This document shows, piece by piece, positions 47,804-57,754 of a DNA stretch of 64,000 nucleotides (positions are counted from its first letter, which is position 1; each line of letters begins with the position of its first letter). The notes below the pieces were generated by a model. That model was not told the origin of the DNA. It saw nothing but the letters and a program-made list of their open reading frames with translations, and searched no databases. The DNA lies in the NCBI GenBank assembly GCA_965661285.1, contig CBFIDD010000001.1, forward strand, positions 96,001 to 160,000, read 5' to 3'. A program made the position numbers and the translations under genes. The DNA is from Poseidonia sp. GTDB taxonomy: Archaea; Thermoplasmatota; Poseidoniia; Poseidoniales; Poseidoniaceae.

Positions 47804-48643
47804 TCACGCCAACGTGCCGTTGTTGTAGTCTTCAATGGCCTGATAGATCTCTTGTCGGGTGTTCATCACAAACGGCCCGTAGCGAGCGATGGGCTCGTCG
47901 AGTTCGGGTCCACCAAGAATCAACAACTCGGCGCCGTCTTCCTCCGCCGTCAAGGTTACCGAGTCCCCTTCGGACAAAAGACCCAAACCACCATCGTGAA
48001 GCGAGCGGCCTTCAATCTCCATTGAACCTCCAAACGCATAGACCATGACGTTGTGGTCGTGCTCACACTGATGGGTATAACTTGCATCGGGTTGCATTTT
48101 GAGATGGAGGTAGGTGATGGGAATCACGGTGTCAATGACGGCTTGGACGCCGAGCGCCTCACCGGCGATGACCTTCGCCCAGACCGTGCCGTCCTCGTTG
48201 GAGGCTTCGGGAATCTCGTTGGACGGGATATCTTGGTAGCGTGGCTGCATCATCTTGTCTTTTGCGGGAAGGTTGACCCAAATTTGGAAGCCGTGCATCT
48301 TTCCGCCGTTTTCCATCATGTGATCTTGAGGCAATTCGGAGTGAATGATGCCACGACCAGCCGTCATCCACTGGACATCACCCGGATTGAGGTCGCCGCT
48401 GTTGCCCGCAGAATCGGCGTGTTTCATGCCGCCAGCGAGCAGATAGGTCACGGTCTCGAAACCCCGGTGAGGATGTTCGGGAGCACCAACGGCTTCGCCG
48501 GGAGCGTAATCAACCGGACCCATCTCGTCCAAGAGCAAAAACGGACTCATCAAACGACCCATGGCAGCGGGCCTTCGGACTTTGAAACCGCCGCCTTCAA
48601 GCACGGTGTGGGTTGGCACGATGGACTTCAGTGTTCGATTCAT
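47804..48643 (-). CDS. Pirin family protein
   Basis: HPHRGFETVTY, QWMTAGRGIIHSE, FQIWVNLP, GPFVMNT. Confidence 0.95.
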   Translation of the reverse strand: MNRTLKSIVPTHTVLEGGGFKVRRPAAMGRLMSPFLLLDEMGPVDYAPGEAVGAPEHPHRGFETVTYLLAGGMKHADSAGNSGDLNPGDVQWMTAGRGIIHSELPQDHMMENGGKMHGFQIWVNLPAKDKMMQPRYQDIPSNEIPEASNEDGTVWAKVIAGEALGVQAVIDTVIPITYLHLKMQPDASYTHQCEHDHNVMVYAFGGSMEIEGRSLHDGGLGLLSEGDSVTLTAEEDGAELLILGGPELDEPIARYGPFVMNTRQEIYQAIEDYNNGTLA

Positions 48644-48647
48644 GTGT

Positions 48648-49148
48648 TCACCTGGTGGTCATGGCGTTTAAAATGGCGTCAACGGTCTCGGGGTTGGCTG
48701 ATTTGTTTTTGTTGCAGACCAGCGAACGACCCACGACCAAACAGCCGAGGAAGGAGAATTGCATGCGCATGGCCATGATGACATGATGACCACCGCCACC
48801 GGAATGGGTGCCGAGGGCCACGGTGCGGTCGCGGAACAACCGTCGGAAATCGTCGCCGTTTCGGCTCAACCACGCAATCGCATTGTTCAATGTTGGAGGA
48901 TAGGTACCGTTGTATTCGGGTGCAAAAACGAACCACGAATCACCCCGCTCCAGCGTTGAGATGAGGTCATCAAGGCCCTCAGGGGCACCGATTTCCTGTT
49001 CACGAGCCAAGGTGTACACGGGGAAATCAAAGGCATTCAAACCGACCTGAATGACCTCGTGGCCCAGACTGACGGCACGAGCTTCAACCTCGCGAGCAAG
49101 GTCGGCATTTTTTCCATCCGAAGCGCGGATAAACACCAAGGTCGCCAT
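48648..49148 (-). CDS. NADPH-dependent FMN reductase
   Basis: APEYNG.YPP.L.NAI.WLSR, SGGGG. Confidence 0.9.
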   Translation of the reverse strand: MATLVFIRASDGKNADLAREVEARAVSLGHEVIQVGLNAFDFPVYTLAREQEIGAPEGLDDLISTLERGDSWFVFAPEYNGTYPPTLNNAIAWLSRNGDDFRRLFRDRTVALGTHSGGGGHHVIMAMRMQFSFLGCLVVGRSLVCNKNKSANPETVDAILNAMTTR

Positions 49149-49185
49149 AGTAAAACCTCGGAGTTGTTACTTATTACTCTGAGTA

Positions 49186-49404
49186 TCATACCGGCGACTC
49201 GCTCACGGGCGTGCGTTCAGATGCCGCATGTTCGTAAGCAGCCGTGAACCGTGCCATCCAGGTCTCCCTTGGTTCCTCAGTGTGTCCTGAGATAACATCG
49301 TGGTGCGTATCAAGATAGTGCGGCATCATCTTCACCAGCATCGCATGGAGGGACGAGGCCTCGTACGCTACGGCCCCACAATCCATGCAGACCATCCGAG
49401 GCAT
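49186..49404 (-). CDS. Small putative Zn-binding protein (DUF1059-like CxxC...HxxxH)
   Basis: MPRMVCMDCG...PHYLDTHH. Confidence 0.6.
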   Translation of the reverse strand: MPRMVCMDCGAVAYEASSLHAMLVKMMPHYLDTHHDVISGHTEEPRETWMARFTAAYEHAASERTPVSESPV

Positions 49405-49510
49405 GAACAGCAACCCCGGTGGGCGCTAGTTGAACTTATCCAACCTCGAAACCTCTCGTATGGACCTCTGCAAGACAAGCGATTAAGATGGGCCTGTCTG
49501 TGGTATATCC

Positions 49511-49795
49511 ATGTCAGAAGCCATGATTCTTGAACACGCATCTCAGACGGATACGGACTTTCTGATCTATACCGGTGATTTTTGCGGGTACTGCCGTGCG
49601 CTCAAAAACCTCCTGGAGAAGAAGGATTTGAGCTACACCGAATACAACTTTGACCATCACGACGGCATGCGCACGGCCGTGGTCCAAGCGACCGGTCACC
49701 GAACAGTCCCGGTCGTGTTTGATTTGCGAGACGAGCAACCGCTGTTCATCGGTGGCTTTGATGAAACCAACCGCTACCTCAGGAAAAGGTCGTGA
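49511..49795 (+). CDS. Glutaredoxin
   Basis: CGYC, RTVPVVF, IGGFDE. Confidence 0.92.
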   Translation: MSEAMILEHASQTDTDFLIYTGDFCGYCRALKNLLEKKDLSYTEYNFDHHDGMRTAVVQATGHRTVPVVFDLRDEQPLFIGGFDETNRYLRKRS

Positions 49796-50381
49796 GCCAT
49801 TCCTTCAGAGCGTCGTGATGCTCGACGGGGATCATGTGGCCTTTGCGATGCTCGATGAGTTCAACCGACCATCCCGCCGATTCAAAGGTGTGAGCCACCG
49901 CCCAGCCGTCCTCGAGGGGGACCCTGACGTCTTTTTCTCCGTGCATCCAAAACATTCGCTTGGTCTCCAATTCGGTGAGGCGGAGCCGCAGTTCCATCGG
50001 CCGAACGAGTCGCGTACCCATGCAAACAACACCAACAATTCGGTCAGCGATGGGTAATTGCAACAATTCTTGGGCCATTGCGCCGCCTTGGGAAAAGCCT
50101 CCGACCACCAACGGCCCAAGTGGGGCTTCCTCGGCGATGAGTTTCTCCAACTGCGAAAGACTGGAATCCACGTCCATCAGTTCTCTTCGAGAAAGCATCC
50201 GTCTTCGGGTGACGTCCGCCTCAAAATCTTCGTAGCGCCACCACGTATACCCGCGGTTGGGGTGTCGAAACCGAGCCTCGGGCACCAGAAGCGTCCAACC
50301 ATCGGGCAGCACCTTTTCCGCAAAGGGCCGCATCATGGAGGCATCGCCCGTCATGCCGTGCATCATGATGAGGGTCGGCAC
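49779..50381 (-). CDS. Phospholipase/carboxylesterase (alpha/beta hydrolase)
   Basis: MHG, GFSQG, HGEKD, GH catalytic triad. Confidence 0.9.
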   Translation of the reverse strand: MPTLIMMHGMTGDASMMRPFAEKVLPDGWTLLVPEARFRHPNRGYTWWRYEDFEADVTRRRMLSRRELMDVDSSLSQLEKLIAEEAPLGPLVVGGFSQGGAMAQELLQLPIADRIVGVVCMGTRLVRPMELRLRLTELETKRMFWMHGEKDVRVPLEDGWAVAHTFESAGWSVELIEHRKGHMIPVEHHDALKEWLTTFS

Positions 50382-50390
50382 GTTGTCACC

Positions 50391-51347
50391 TCAGAGGGTC
50401 CATTCGGTGATGATACCGCCGGCAACCTTCAGATGAAGTTCGGAGGACTGACCACGCAGCGTGATGGTCAGTGAATAATCCCCTGTCAGCGAGGGAATGG
50501 TGCCGATGGCTCCTTTTTCTGAGGCTCCTGAACCCCAAGCTCGGGTGAGTGGCGAGGCCCCCTGGTGGTCTTTCATGCTCAGGGTGCCTGAACCGCCTTG
50601 GGCGATATCGACATCCAAGTACCAGACGAGGACATCCCAATCCTCTCCATCGGGATGACCGCTATCAAGGAATGAATCGTAAATGTCGTTTTCGTTTTCT
50701 TGATAGACGCTGTCGAGCAGATCCCTGGCCTGGTAGAAGTAGACATCGCCCTCGTAGCCCGTTCGTGTTTGGGTGAGTTCCATTCGCAACTGTTCGACGC
50801 CCTCGGCGTCCGTCCAGACGAGCGAATCGAGGAAGCCGTTGCGGCCGCTGAATGAATAGGTCAGGCGATGACCGTCGGACGAATCCGCTACCACGTCGAC
50901 AACGCCGTTGTAGATGGAGGCCGTGGTGGCACTCCACTGCTGCCCGACGAGGGTAAATTGCCACGCATCACCTTCGTTCCAAGGGAAGTTGAACACCGGT
51001 TGGGGCTCGCCTTGTTCGTAAACGGACAGCCCATCCATGGTGATTCGGCCGAGGAACGGGTTGTGGTTGATGACGGCGTGGCGTTGCGCCTCCCGCTCGC
51101 TGGAGATGCCCAGGCGATAGAGGCCGGATTCGTTGTCCACTTCAGCGACGACCAAACGAGCGCTATCCTCACCAAACTGAGGCGTGATGAAGGTGTAGAG
51201 CCACTGGTCGCCGATGTTCCACGAAGGGAGCCTCAGTTCGTCCTCGGTGGTGTCGCCACGGTTGTCCGAGGAAACCGTAGGTCCCTCCAAGCATCCGGCG
51301 AGACTCAGTGAAAACATGAGCCACACCATCAACCCCATGCTTCGCAT
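50391..51347 (-). CDS. Putative lipoprotein
   Basis: Lipobox SLAGC; PSWNIGDQWLY motif. Confidence 0.75.
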   Translation of the reverse strand: MRSMGLMVWLMFSLSLAGCLEGPTVSSDNRGDTTEDELRLPSWNIGDQWLYTFITPQFGEDSARLVVAEVDNESGLYRLGISSEREAQRHAVINHNPFLGRITMDGLSVYEQGEPQPVFNFPWNEGDAWQFTLVGQQWSATTASIYNGVVDVVADSSDGHRLTYSFSGRNGFLDSLVWTDAEGVEQLRMELTQTRTGYEGDVYFYQARDLLDSVYQENENDIYDSFLDSGHPDGEDWDVLVWYLDVDIAQGGSGTLSMKDHQGASPLTRAWGSGASEKGAIGTIPSLTGDYSLTITLRGQSSELHLKVAGGIITEWTL

Positions 51348-51430
51348 GGTTGATGCTCACACCCTCTCTTTGAAAGGCTAACGCACAGCGGAGGCACAAA
51401 GAACCGTTGAGAGGGCAACGTGGATGTTGC

Positions 51431-53509
51431 TCAAAGCAGACCGTTCTGTGTCATCACGTCGGCACCGGCGAGGACGACGGCGACAATCGACATGAGTTTG
51501 ATCAGAATGTTCAGCGAAGGACCGGAGGTGTCCTTGAACGGGTCGCCGATGGTGTCGCCAATCACGGCAGCATCGTGCGCCTCGTCACCCTTCTTGGCGC
51601 CGGGAATGTGGTCTTGCTCAATGGCTTTCTTGGCGTTGTCCCAAGCACCACCAGCGTTGGCCATGAAGAGGGCCATGAGCACACCGGTCACGAGGGAACC
51701 TGCGAGCAGACCGCCCAGCGCATCGTAGCCGAGTCCGTACCCGACAATAACAGGGGCGATGACGGCGACCACACCGGGGCCAATCATCTCACGGAGAGCG
51801 GCCTTGGTGGAGATGTCTACACAGGTTTGGGAGTCGGGCTTGACGCCTTCCTTGCCTTCGAGAAGGCCTGGAATTTCCTTAAACTGGCGGCGGATTTCAA
51901 CCACCATGTCGCCAGCAGCTTTGCCCACGGAGGTCATGGTCATGGCCGCCACAACAAAGGGCAGACCGCCACCGACGAGAAGGCCGATGACAACCATGGG
52001 GTTGGTCAAACCGAGGTCGAGCGTATCCCCGTTGGCGCCGATGGCCGAGGTGTAGGCAGCGAAGAGGGCAAGCGCCGTCAGAGCAGCGGAACCGATAGCG
52101 AAGCCCTTCCCGACGGCAGCGGTGGTGTTGCCGATGGAGTCAAGTTCGTCGGTGATGGCACGGACGTCGTCGCCCAGGGCGCTCATCTCTGCGATACCGC
52201 CGGCGTTGTCAGCCACAGGACCGTAGGCGTCGACCGTCATGGTGACGCCGACCGTAGCGAGCATGCCCATAGCGGCCATAGCGATGCAGTAGAGCCCGTA
52301 GGTGTCGCCACCCAGTTGGTTGGCCCCGAGGATGCCCAAGGCGATGAGTACGACGGGAATGAAGGTCGACATCATGCCGACGGACAGGCCGGCGATGGCG
52401 TTGGTGGCAGGGCCGGTCTTGGACATCTCACCGATGTGAGGGATGGCTTTGGTGGGCACGCCCATGACGGGTTCAATGCCCGTGTAGTATTCAGTGACGA
52501 GTCCGATGAGGATACCGACGATGCTGCCGAGCACCACGGAGTGCATGATGCCCATCTCGACATCGATGAGGCCGCTTTGGATGGCACCGTAGCCACCGAG
52601 CCAGAACAGACCGGCACCGATGAACGTGGTGTTTCGAAGGGCGACGGCTGGGTCGTCGCCGTTCTTCAAGACAGCCATCGAGAACACACCGACGATGGAG
52701 GCGATGTAGCCGATGAAGCCGAGGAGAATGGGCATCATCACGTAGTCGACGTTCCAACCGTCCGAGGTGCTGGCGATGATCATGGCAGCGATGATGGAGC
52801 CGACAAAGGATTCGAAGATGTCCGCACCCATACCGGCCACATCGCCGACGTTGTCGCCGACGTTGTCAGCGATGACACCGGGGTTGCGAGGGTCGTCCTC
52901 AGGAATGCCCGCTTCGACTTTGCCGACGAGGTCAGCACCGACGTCAGCGGCCTTGGTGTAGATACCACCGCCGACACGAGCGAACAGCGCAATGGAAGAG
53001 GCACCCATTCCGAAGCCAGCGGCTGCGGAGAGGTCAGCGCCGCTTTCAGCGTCGAGCCATAGAGCGACGAGGGAGATGCCGAGAAGACCGAGACCGCCAA
53101 CGGACAAGCCCATGACGGCGCCACCGTTGTAGGAAACAGCCAGAGCACCGGCTCGCCCTTCGGACTTGGCAGCCATGGCCGTTCGGCCGTTAGCGGAGGT
53201 GGCAGCACGCATACCGGAGAAACCGGCAAGCACAGAAGCCACAGCACCGAGGAAGAAGGCGATGGCCGTGTTGGCGTCGTTAATCACGAACAGCAACCCG
53301 CCAACGGCCACACAGAAGATGGCGAGGACACGGTATTCTGCGAAGAGGAACGCCATGGCACCCTTCTGGATTTCGTCCGTAATCTCAGCGACCACTTCGT
53401 TGTCGATCTTCACTTTGTTCACTTGCTGGTAGAGCATGAACGCAATTGCCAAACCAAGGGCACCTGCGGCTGCCGAAATCAATGCAATGTTTTCCATCAT
53501 CAATATCAC
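51431..53509 (-). CDS. hppA: Membrane-bound K+-dependent pyrophosphatase, probably Na+-translocating
   Basis: [51 protein letters not shown]. Confidence 0.96.
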   Translation of the reverse strand: MILMMENIALISAAAGALGLAIAFMLYQQVNKVKIDNEVVAEITDEIQKGAMAFLFAEYRVLAIFCVAVGGLLFVINDANTAIAFFLGAVASVLAGFSGMRAATSANGRTAMAAKSEGRAGALAVSYNGGAVMGLSVGGLGLLGISLVALWLDAESGADLSAAAGFGMGASSIALFARVGGGIYTKAADVGADLVGKVEAGIPEDDPRNPGVIADNVGDNVGDVAGMGADIFESFVGSIIAAMIIASTSDGWNVDYVMMPILLGFIGYIASIVGVFSMAVLKNGDDPAVALRNTTFIGAGLFWLGGYGAIQSGLIDVEMGIMHSVVLGSIVGILIGLVTEYYTGIEPVMGVPTKAIPHIGEMSKTGPATNAIAGLSVGMMSTFIPVVLIALGILGANQLGGDTYGLYCIAMAAMGMLATVGVTMTVDAYGPVADNAGGIAEMSALGDDVRAITDELDSIGNTTAAVGKGFAIGSAALTALALFAAYTSAIGANGDTLDLGLTNPMVVIGLLVGGGLPFVVAAMTMTSVGKAAGDMVVEIRRQFKEIPGLLEGKEGVKPDSQTCVDISTKAALREMIGPGVVAVIAPVIVGYGLGYDALGGLLAGSLVTGVLMALFMANAGGAWDNAKKAIEQDHIPGAKKGDEAHDAAVIGDTIGDPFKDTSGPSLNILIKLMSIVAVVLAGADVMTQNGLL

Positions 53510-53651
53510 CTGTTGCTTTCGCCAGTTGGGAACCCTTCATAAGCCGTTCCCACTGAAAATGACCCGCCGTCGCGGTTTTGATGGCCCTCCTCTAGCATCG
53601 TGAGGGAGGAACTTCAACGGGGCAATCGTTCAAAGAGGAGGAACCGCTGGT

Positions 53652-54014
53652 ATGGACATGAGCATCACGGCAGAGGAGATCCTCGCTGAGATCGGTCCCG
53701 TCCAAGAGGTGCTCGACGAACACGATGGCGTGGTCAACGTCATCGACACGTCGGATGGCAACATCATGCTCTCCCTCGAAGGAGGCTGCACGGGGTGCTC
53801 CTCTACGCCGATGACGGCCATGCAAATCTACTACTCGTTGAAGAAACTCGACACCGTGAACGATGTCATCTTCGTGAACGGTGAACTCCCCGAATACATG
53901 CGAACCTTCATAGACCAAAAAATGGCAAAGGAAGCCGAATCAAGCGACAACGAGGGTGGCGTCGACGATGGATCAACCGACGGGACCGGCGAGCCCCAAG
54001 GGGAAATTGTTTGA
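53652..54014 (+). CDS. NifU C-terminal domain (Nfu) Fe-S carrier
   Basis: L..HDG.V...LEGGCTGC. Confidence 0.85.
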   Translation: MDMSITAEEILAEIGPVQEVLDEHDGVVNVIDTSDGNIMLSLEGGCTGCSSTPMTAMQIYYSLKKLDTVNDVIFVNGELPEYMRTFIDQKMAKEAESSDNEGGVDDGSTDGTGEPQGEIV

Positions 54015-54344
54015 TCACTCTTCTTCCGAGGTTCGCCCGATGCTGTGAGGGTTGGCCCCAAACGAGACGTTCTCCCCCTTGATGTTCATCCGAGCCGAGA
54101 TGGCCAGGATGACACAGAACAGGGCCAGCGGACGGGGGATGTAGTCCGAGCCCCACAACTCACCACCGAGACTTGGAAGCACCCACAGAACGCCAGCAGC
54201 AGCGATGAGAAGGAAGAAAATGATGTTCTGGACAACGGCCTCTGCCTTGGGTGAGCGAGAAAAGGTCGCAATGAAGGTGAACAGCACTGCCGAGGAAGCG
54301 CACAGCACCTCAGCGAGCAGTTCGACCGCCAGCGCATCCACCAT
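54015..54344 (-). CDS. Small membrane protein (3 TM)
   Basis: GGAGGTGG RBS; hydrophobic helices. Confidence 0.7.
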   Translation of the reverse strand: MVDALAVELLAEVLCASSAVLFTFIATFSRSPKAEAVVQNIIFFLLIAAAGVLWVLPSLGGELWGSDYIPRPLALFCVILAISARMNIKGENVSFGANPHSIGRTSEEE

Positions 54345-54423
54345 GCCACCTCCAACCCCCCCGCATTCTTGAACATGGGGGCCCGAGCGAACCTTTGTGT
54401 AGGGTCGTCAGCCTCTTCCAAAT

Positions 54424-56364
54424 ATGGCAGGCGGTTCCTTTGCTCTTCCCAAACCACGTCCCACCGGACCGCCTTTCTTTTCACGAAACCAAGTCGCCAA
54501 CGTTCTCCACCAAGTCGCCGTCCTGCTCGAATTGCAGGGTGCCAATGTGTTCCGGGTTCGTTCTTACCAAAACGCCAGCCGCATGCTGGGCAGTTTGACC
54601 GAAGACCTCGGTGAACTGGTGGCGAGCGGTGAAATCTACGACATGAAGGGCATCGGCAAGGGGCTTGGAAGCGCCCTCACGCAGGCCATTGCCGAGGGAC
54701 GGTGGCCAGATGATTGGGTCGACCTTCACACCAACACGCCACCGGGACTCATCGAAATGTTGGGCATCCCAGGACTGGGGCCCAAGCGAATCAAATTGAT
54801 GGCCGACGAACTGGGCGTGGACTCGGTGGCGAGCCTGAAGCAGGCTGCGCTTGACAACAAAATCGCCCCCATGAAGGGATTTGGCGCCAAATCTCAGCAA
54901 CGCATGCTGGATGGCATTGAATTGCTTTCTCGTTTCCGAGCTCGACGGCGCTTGGACATCGGCCTTCGCTACGGTGAGGCCTTTCAGCGAAAAATCGCTG
55001 CGTTGGACGGCGTTCATCGCGCAACGCTCGCCGGTAGCGCGCGGCGACGAAAGGACACCATCGGCGATCTCGACGTGGTGGTTGCCGTTGACGAAGACGA
55101 CCACGAAAACGTCGCCAATGCCATTCTGAACCTGTCCGGTATTGCTGACGTGAAAGGCGCCGGCGATTCGAAAATCAGCCTCATCCTCGACACCACCATT
55201 TTCGACGAATCGTTCGCCGTTGGCCACATCGACCCCAACGTGTTGGACGCCATCGGTGGCGACGACTACGAACAGTTGGAAGCGGGTGGAACCATCGATG
55301 CGCAGGTACGCCTCGTGCCCCCACATGTGGAACCGTTCACGCTGGCCTACTTCACCGGCAGCAAGGAACACAACATCGCCATGCGCCAACGAGCCATCGA
55401 CCGAGGGCTTCGTCTCAACGAATTCGGCCTCATCCCAGAAGCAAAGGCGGGCGACCTAAAAGGCATGGACGCCGCTGTTCATTCCCTTGTGGCTGCCGAC
55501 GAGGCCGCCATTTACTCGCACCTCGACCTCGCCTATGTCCCGCCTGAACTGCGGGAAGACATGGGTGAAGTGCAGGCGGCAGAACGCGGTCAACTGCCAG
55601 CGTTGATTGAAACCAGCCACATCAAAGGCTCGCTGCACAACCACACCACCCTTTCAGATGGCGAAGCGAGTTTGGAGGTCATGGCCGACACCGCTCGAAA
55701 AATGGGGTGGAACTGGTTGGGGATTGCCGACCATTCTCCCACGCTCAAAATCGCCAACGGTGCCAGTGCCGAGGACCTGCTTGAACAGGGCAGAACCATC
55801 AAACAATACAATGCAGAATGGGCCGAGCAGGGTGTGGACTTCCGTCTCTTCCACGGTGTTGAATCGGACATTCTTGAGGGCGGAAAACTGGACCATCCCG
55901 ACGAGGTGCTTGCAGAACTGGACTATGTCGTCGCGAGCGTCCACGCCATGACAAAATGGCGAGGACGGGACGAGCACGAGAACACCGAAGAGTTACTTCG
56001 GGTGATCGACCACCCGGCCACCACCGTGTTGGGTCATCCCACCGGACGAATCTTGCAGGGTCGAGAAGGCTACGAGGTGGACTTGTTTGCTGTGCTTGAG
56101 CACATGGCGGAACACAACGAGGAAGGGCGCCTAAAAGCGGTGGAACTCAACGCCAGTCCGTACCGCCTCGATTTGGATTGGCGCTTGTGCAAGCACGCCA
56201 AGGGACTTGGCGTGCCTGTTGCTATCAATCCTGACGCCCACTCGATACGTGGCCTGAGCGACATCGCCTACGGCGTCATGACCGCCCGCAAGGGCTGGAT
56301 TGAACCCAACGACACCCTGAACGCCTTGTCGGGGGCCGAACTGACCCAGCGTTTGGGTCGTTGA
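54424..56364 (+). CDS. polX: DNA polymerase X family with PHP domain (non-canonical polymerase site)
   Basis: HhH motifs GIGKG, PGLGPK, GFGAKS; AGSARR, GDLD, FTGSKEHN, PELRE; PHP motifs HNHT, DHS, HPTGR, DAH. Confidence 0.93.
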   Translation: MAGGSFALPKPRPTGPPFFSRNQVANVLHQVAVLLELQGANVFRVRSYQNASRMLGSLTEDLGELVASGEIYDMKGIGKGLGSALTQAIAEGRWPDDWVDLHTNTPPGLIEMLGIPGLGPKRIKLMADELGVDSVASLKQAALDNKIAPMKGFGAKSQQRMLDGIELLSRFRARRRLDIGLRYGEAFQRKIAALDGVHRATLAGSARRRKDTIGDLDVVVAVDEDDHENVANAILNLSGIADVKGAGDSKISLILDTTIFDESFAVGHIDPNVLDAIGGDDYEQLEAGGTIDAQVRLVPPHVEPFTLAYFTGSKEHNIAMRQRAIDRGLRLNEFGLIPEAKAGDLKGMDAAVHSLVAADEAAIYSHLDLAYVPPELREDMGEVQAAERGQLPALIETSHIKGSLHNHTTLSDGEASLEVMADTARKMGWNWLGIADHSPTLKIANGASAEDLLEQGRTIKQYNAEWAEQGVDFRLFHGVESDILEGGKLDHPDEVLAELDYVVASVHAMTKWRGRDEHENTEELLRVIDHPATTVLGHPTGRILQGREGYEVDLFAVLEHMAEHNEEGRLKAVELNASPYRLDLDWRLCKHAKGLGVPVAINPDAHSIRGLSDIAYGVMTARKGWIEPNDTLNALSGAELTQRLGR

Positions 56365-56407
56365 GGCGAAAGCACACCTTCTTGACTCATTGGGGGATGG
56401 ATGGACC

Positions 56408-56617
56408 ATGCGCACCCTACGAACCATCATCATGGGCAGCATGATGGTCATTCCTGGACTCGTTCTCGGTCTGCTGATATGGTACATCACGGGGCGTCCA
56501 GAAAGTGAACCCCTCGAGACGTTGATTTGCAACGGCATACCGCTGGTCTCCGTTGGCCTTGGACTCTACTTTGGATGGCAGACCGGAGAAGAATACAGTG
56601 CGACCTACGAAGGATGA
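56408..56617 (+). CDS. Small 2-TM membrane protein
   Basis: Two hydrophobic helices; ATGA overlap with nth. Confidence 0.7.
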   Translation: MRTLRTIIMGSMMVIPGLVLGLLIWYITGRPESEPLETLICNGIPLVSVGLGLYFGWQTGEEYSATYEG

Positions 56618-57276
56618 GTGGTGTTGTGAAACGCCAAGACAAGGCCGATATCATTGCCGAACAACTGGAAGCGCTCTACCCTGAAATCCCCGTTCCTCTC
56701 GACCACGCCAATCCGTTTGAGTTGCTGGTCGCCGTCTTGATGAGCGCTCAGACGACCGACCTCAAAGTCAACGAGGTCACACCGGCCCTTTTCGCCAAAG
56801 CCAGTTCGGCTGAAGCCATGGCTCAACTGGAGGTTGAAACCATTCTCGCCGACATCCGCCAGGTTGGCCTTGCCCCGACCAAGGCGAAGAACATCAAGCG
56901 ACTTTCCGAAATGTTGGTTGAACAGCACGCAGGCGAGGTCCCTGCTTCGTTTGAAGCCCTGGAAGCGCTGCCGGGCGTGGGTCATAAAACCGCCTCGGTG
57001 GTGATGGCCCAAGCCTTTGACGTTCCCGCCTTCCCGGTGGACACCCACATCCACCGCTTGGCTGCACGATGGGGGCTCTCAAACGGCACCACGGTTGAGA
57101 AGACCGAAAAAGACCTGAAAGCGGTGTTCCCACGAAAGAAATGGAACGACCTCCATCTCCAAATCATCTTCTTTGGGAGGGAGTATTGCCCTGCGCGCTA
57201 TCACGACCTCACGCAGTGCCCCATCTGTTCGTGGGCGGCAACGAAGAAGCGCATCCGTGAAGAGATGAAACGCTGA
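56614..57276 (+). CDS. nth: Endonuclease III
   Basis: LLVAVLMSAQTTD, LPGVGHKTA, VDTHIHR; ATG 56614. Confidence 0.95.
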   Translation: MSGVVKRQDKADIIAEQLEALYPEIPVPLDHANPFELLVAVLMSAQTTDLKVNEVTPALFAKASSAEAMAQLEVETILADIRQVGLAPTKAKNIKRLSEMLVEQHAGEVPASFEALEALPGVGHKTASVVMAQAFDVPAFPVDTHIHRLAARWGLSNGTTVEKTEKDLKAVFPRKKWNDLHLQIIFFGREYCPARYHDLTQCPICSWAATKKRIREEMKR

Positions 57277-57279
57277 GGC

Positions 57280-57711
57280 TCAAAAGAGCGAGAAACTTCG
57301 TCCAACGATGCTGGTCACCAGCACGATGCCGGCCAGAATCATCGTGATCCGAATCGCTACGTGTTGGTCCTGGTCTTCCTGAGCCTCACGGAAAAACGCA
57401 TAGCCCAGCATGGTCAGGGCGCCGACCTGCAACATGGTGGCCAAGGCGCCAAAGAGCGCCACTTGTCCCTCGAAACTGTCAACGTCGTCGAGGTATTGCT
57501 GGGATTCTTTTTCATCGGCGAAATCGTAGTCGGTCACGTTTGGCTCCGAGGACGAGAGGGGAAATTGGGCAAAGGCGGTGGCGAACACCAAGAGGGCCGC
57601 ACCGATCATCAACCACTTTTGGAAGGAATACATCCCCCCTTTGGTCATGCTTGCTGCGGGTGGCTGGTAGGGTGAGGCGGCAGCCGGAGGCGGGGGCAGG
57701 GGGGCTTGCAT
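57280..57711 (-). CDS. Membrane protein with Pro-rich N-terminus
   Basis: MQAPLPPPP start; three TM helices with an acidic loop. Confidence 0.7.
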   Translation of the reverse strand: MQAPLPPPPAAASPYQPPAASMTKGGMYSFQKWLMIGAALLVFATAFAQFPLSSSEPNVTDYDFADEKESQQYLDDVDSFEGQVALFGALATMLQVGALTMLGYAFFREAQEDQDQHVAIRITMILAGIVLVTSIVGRSFSLF

Positions 57712-57754
57712 AGCGGATACTTGGAACAAATGGAGTATGAATCTTCCCACTTCG

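Noticed and set aside
51407-53062. 551-aa plus-strand ORF
   Set aside because: Antisense shadow of hppA.
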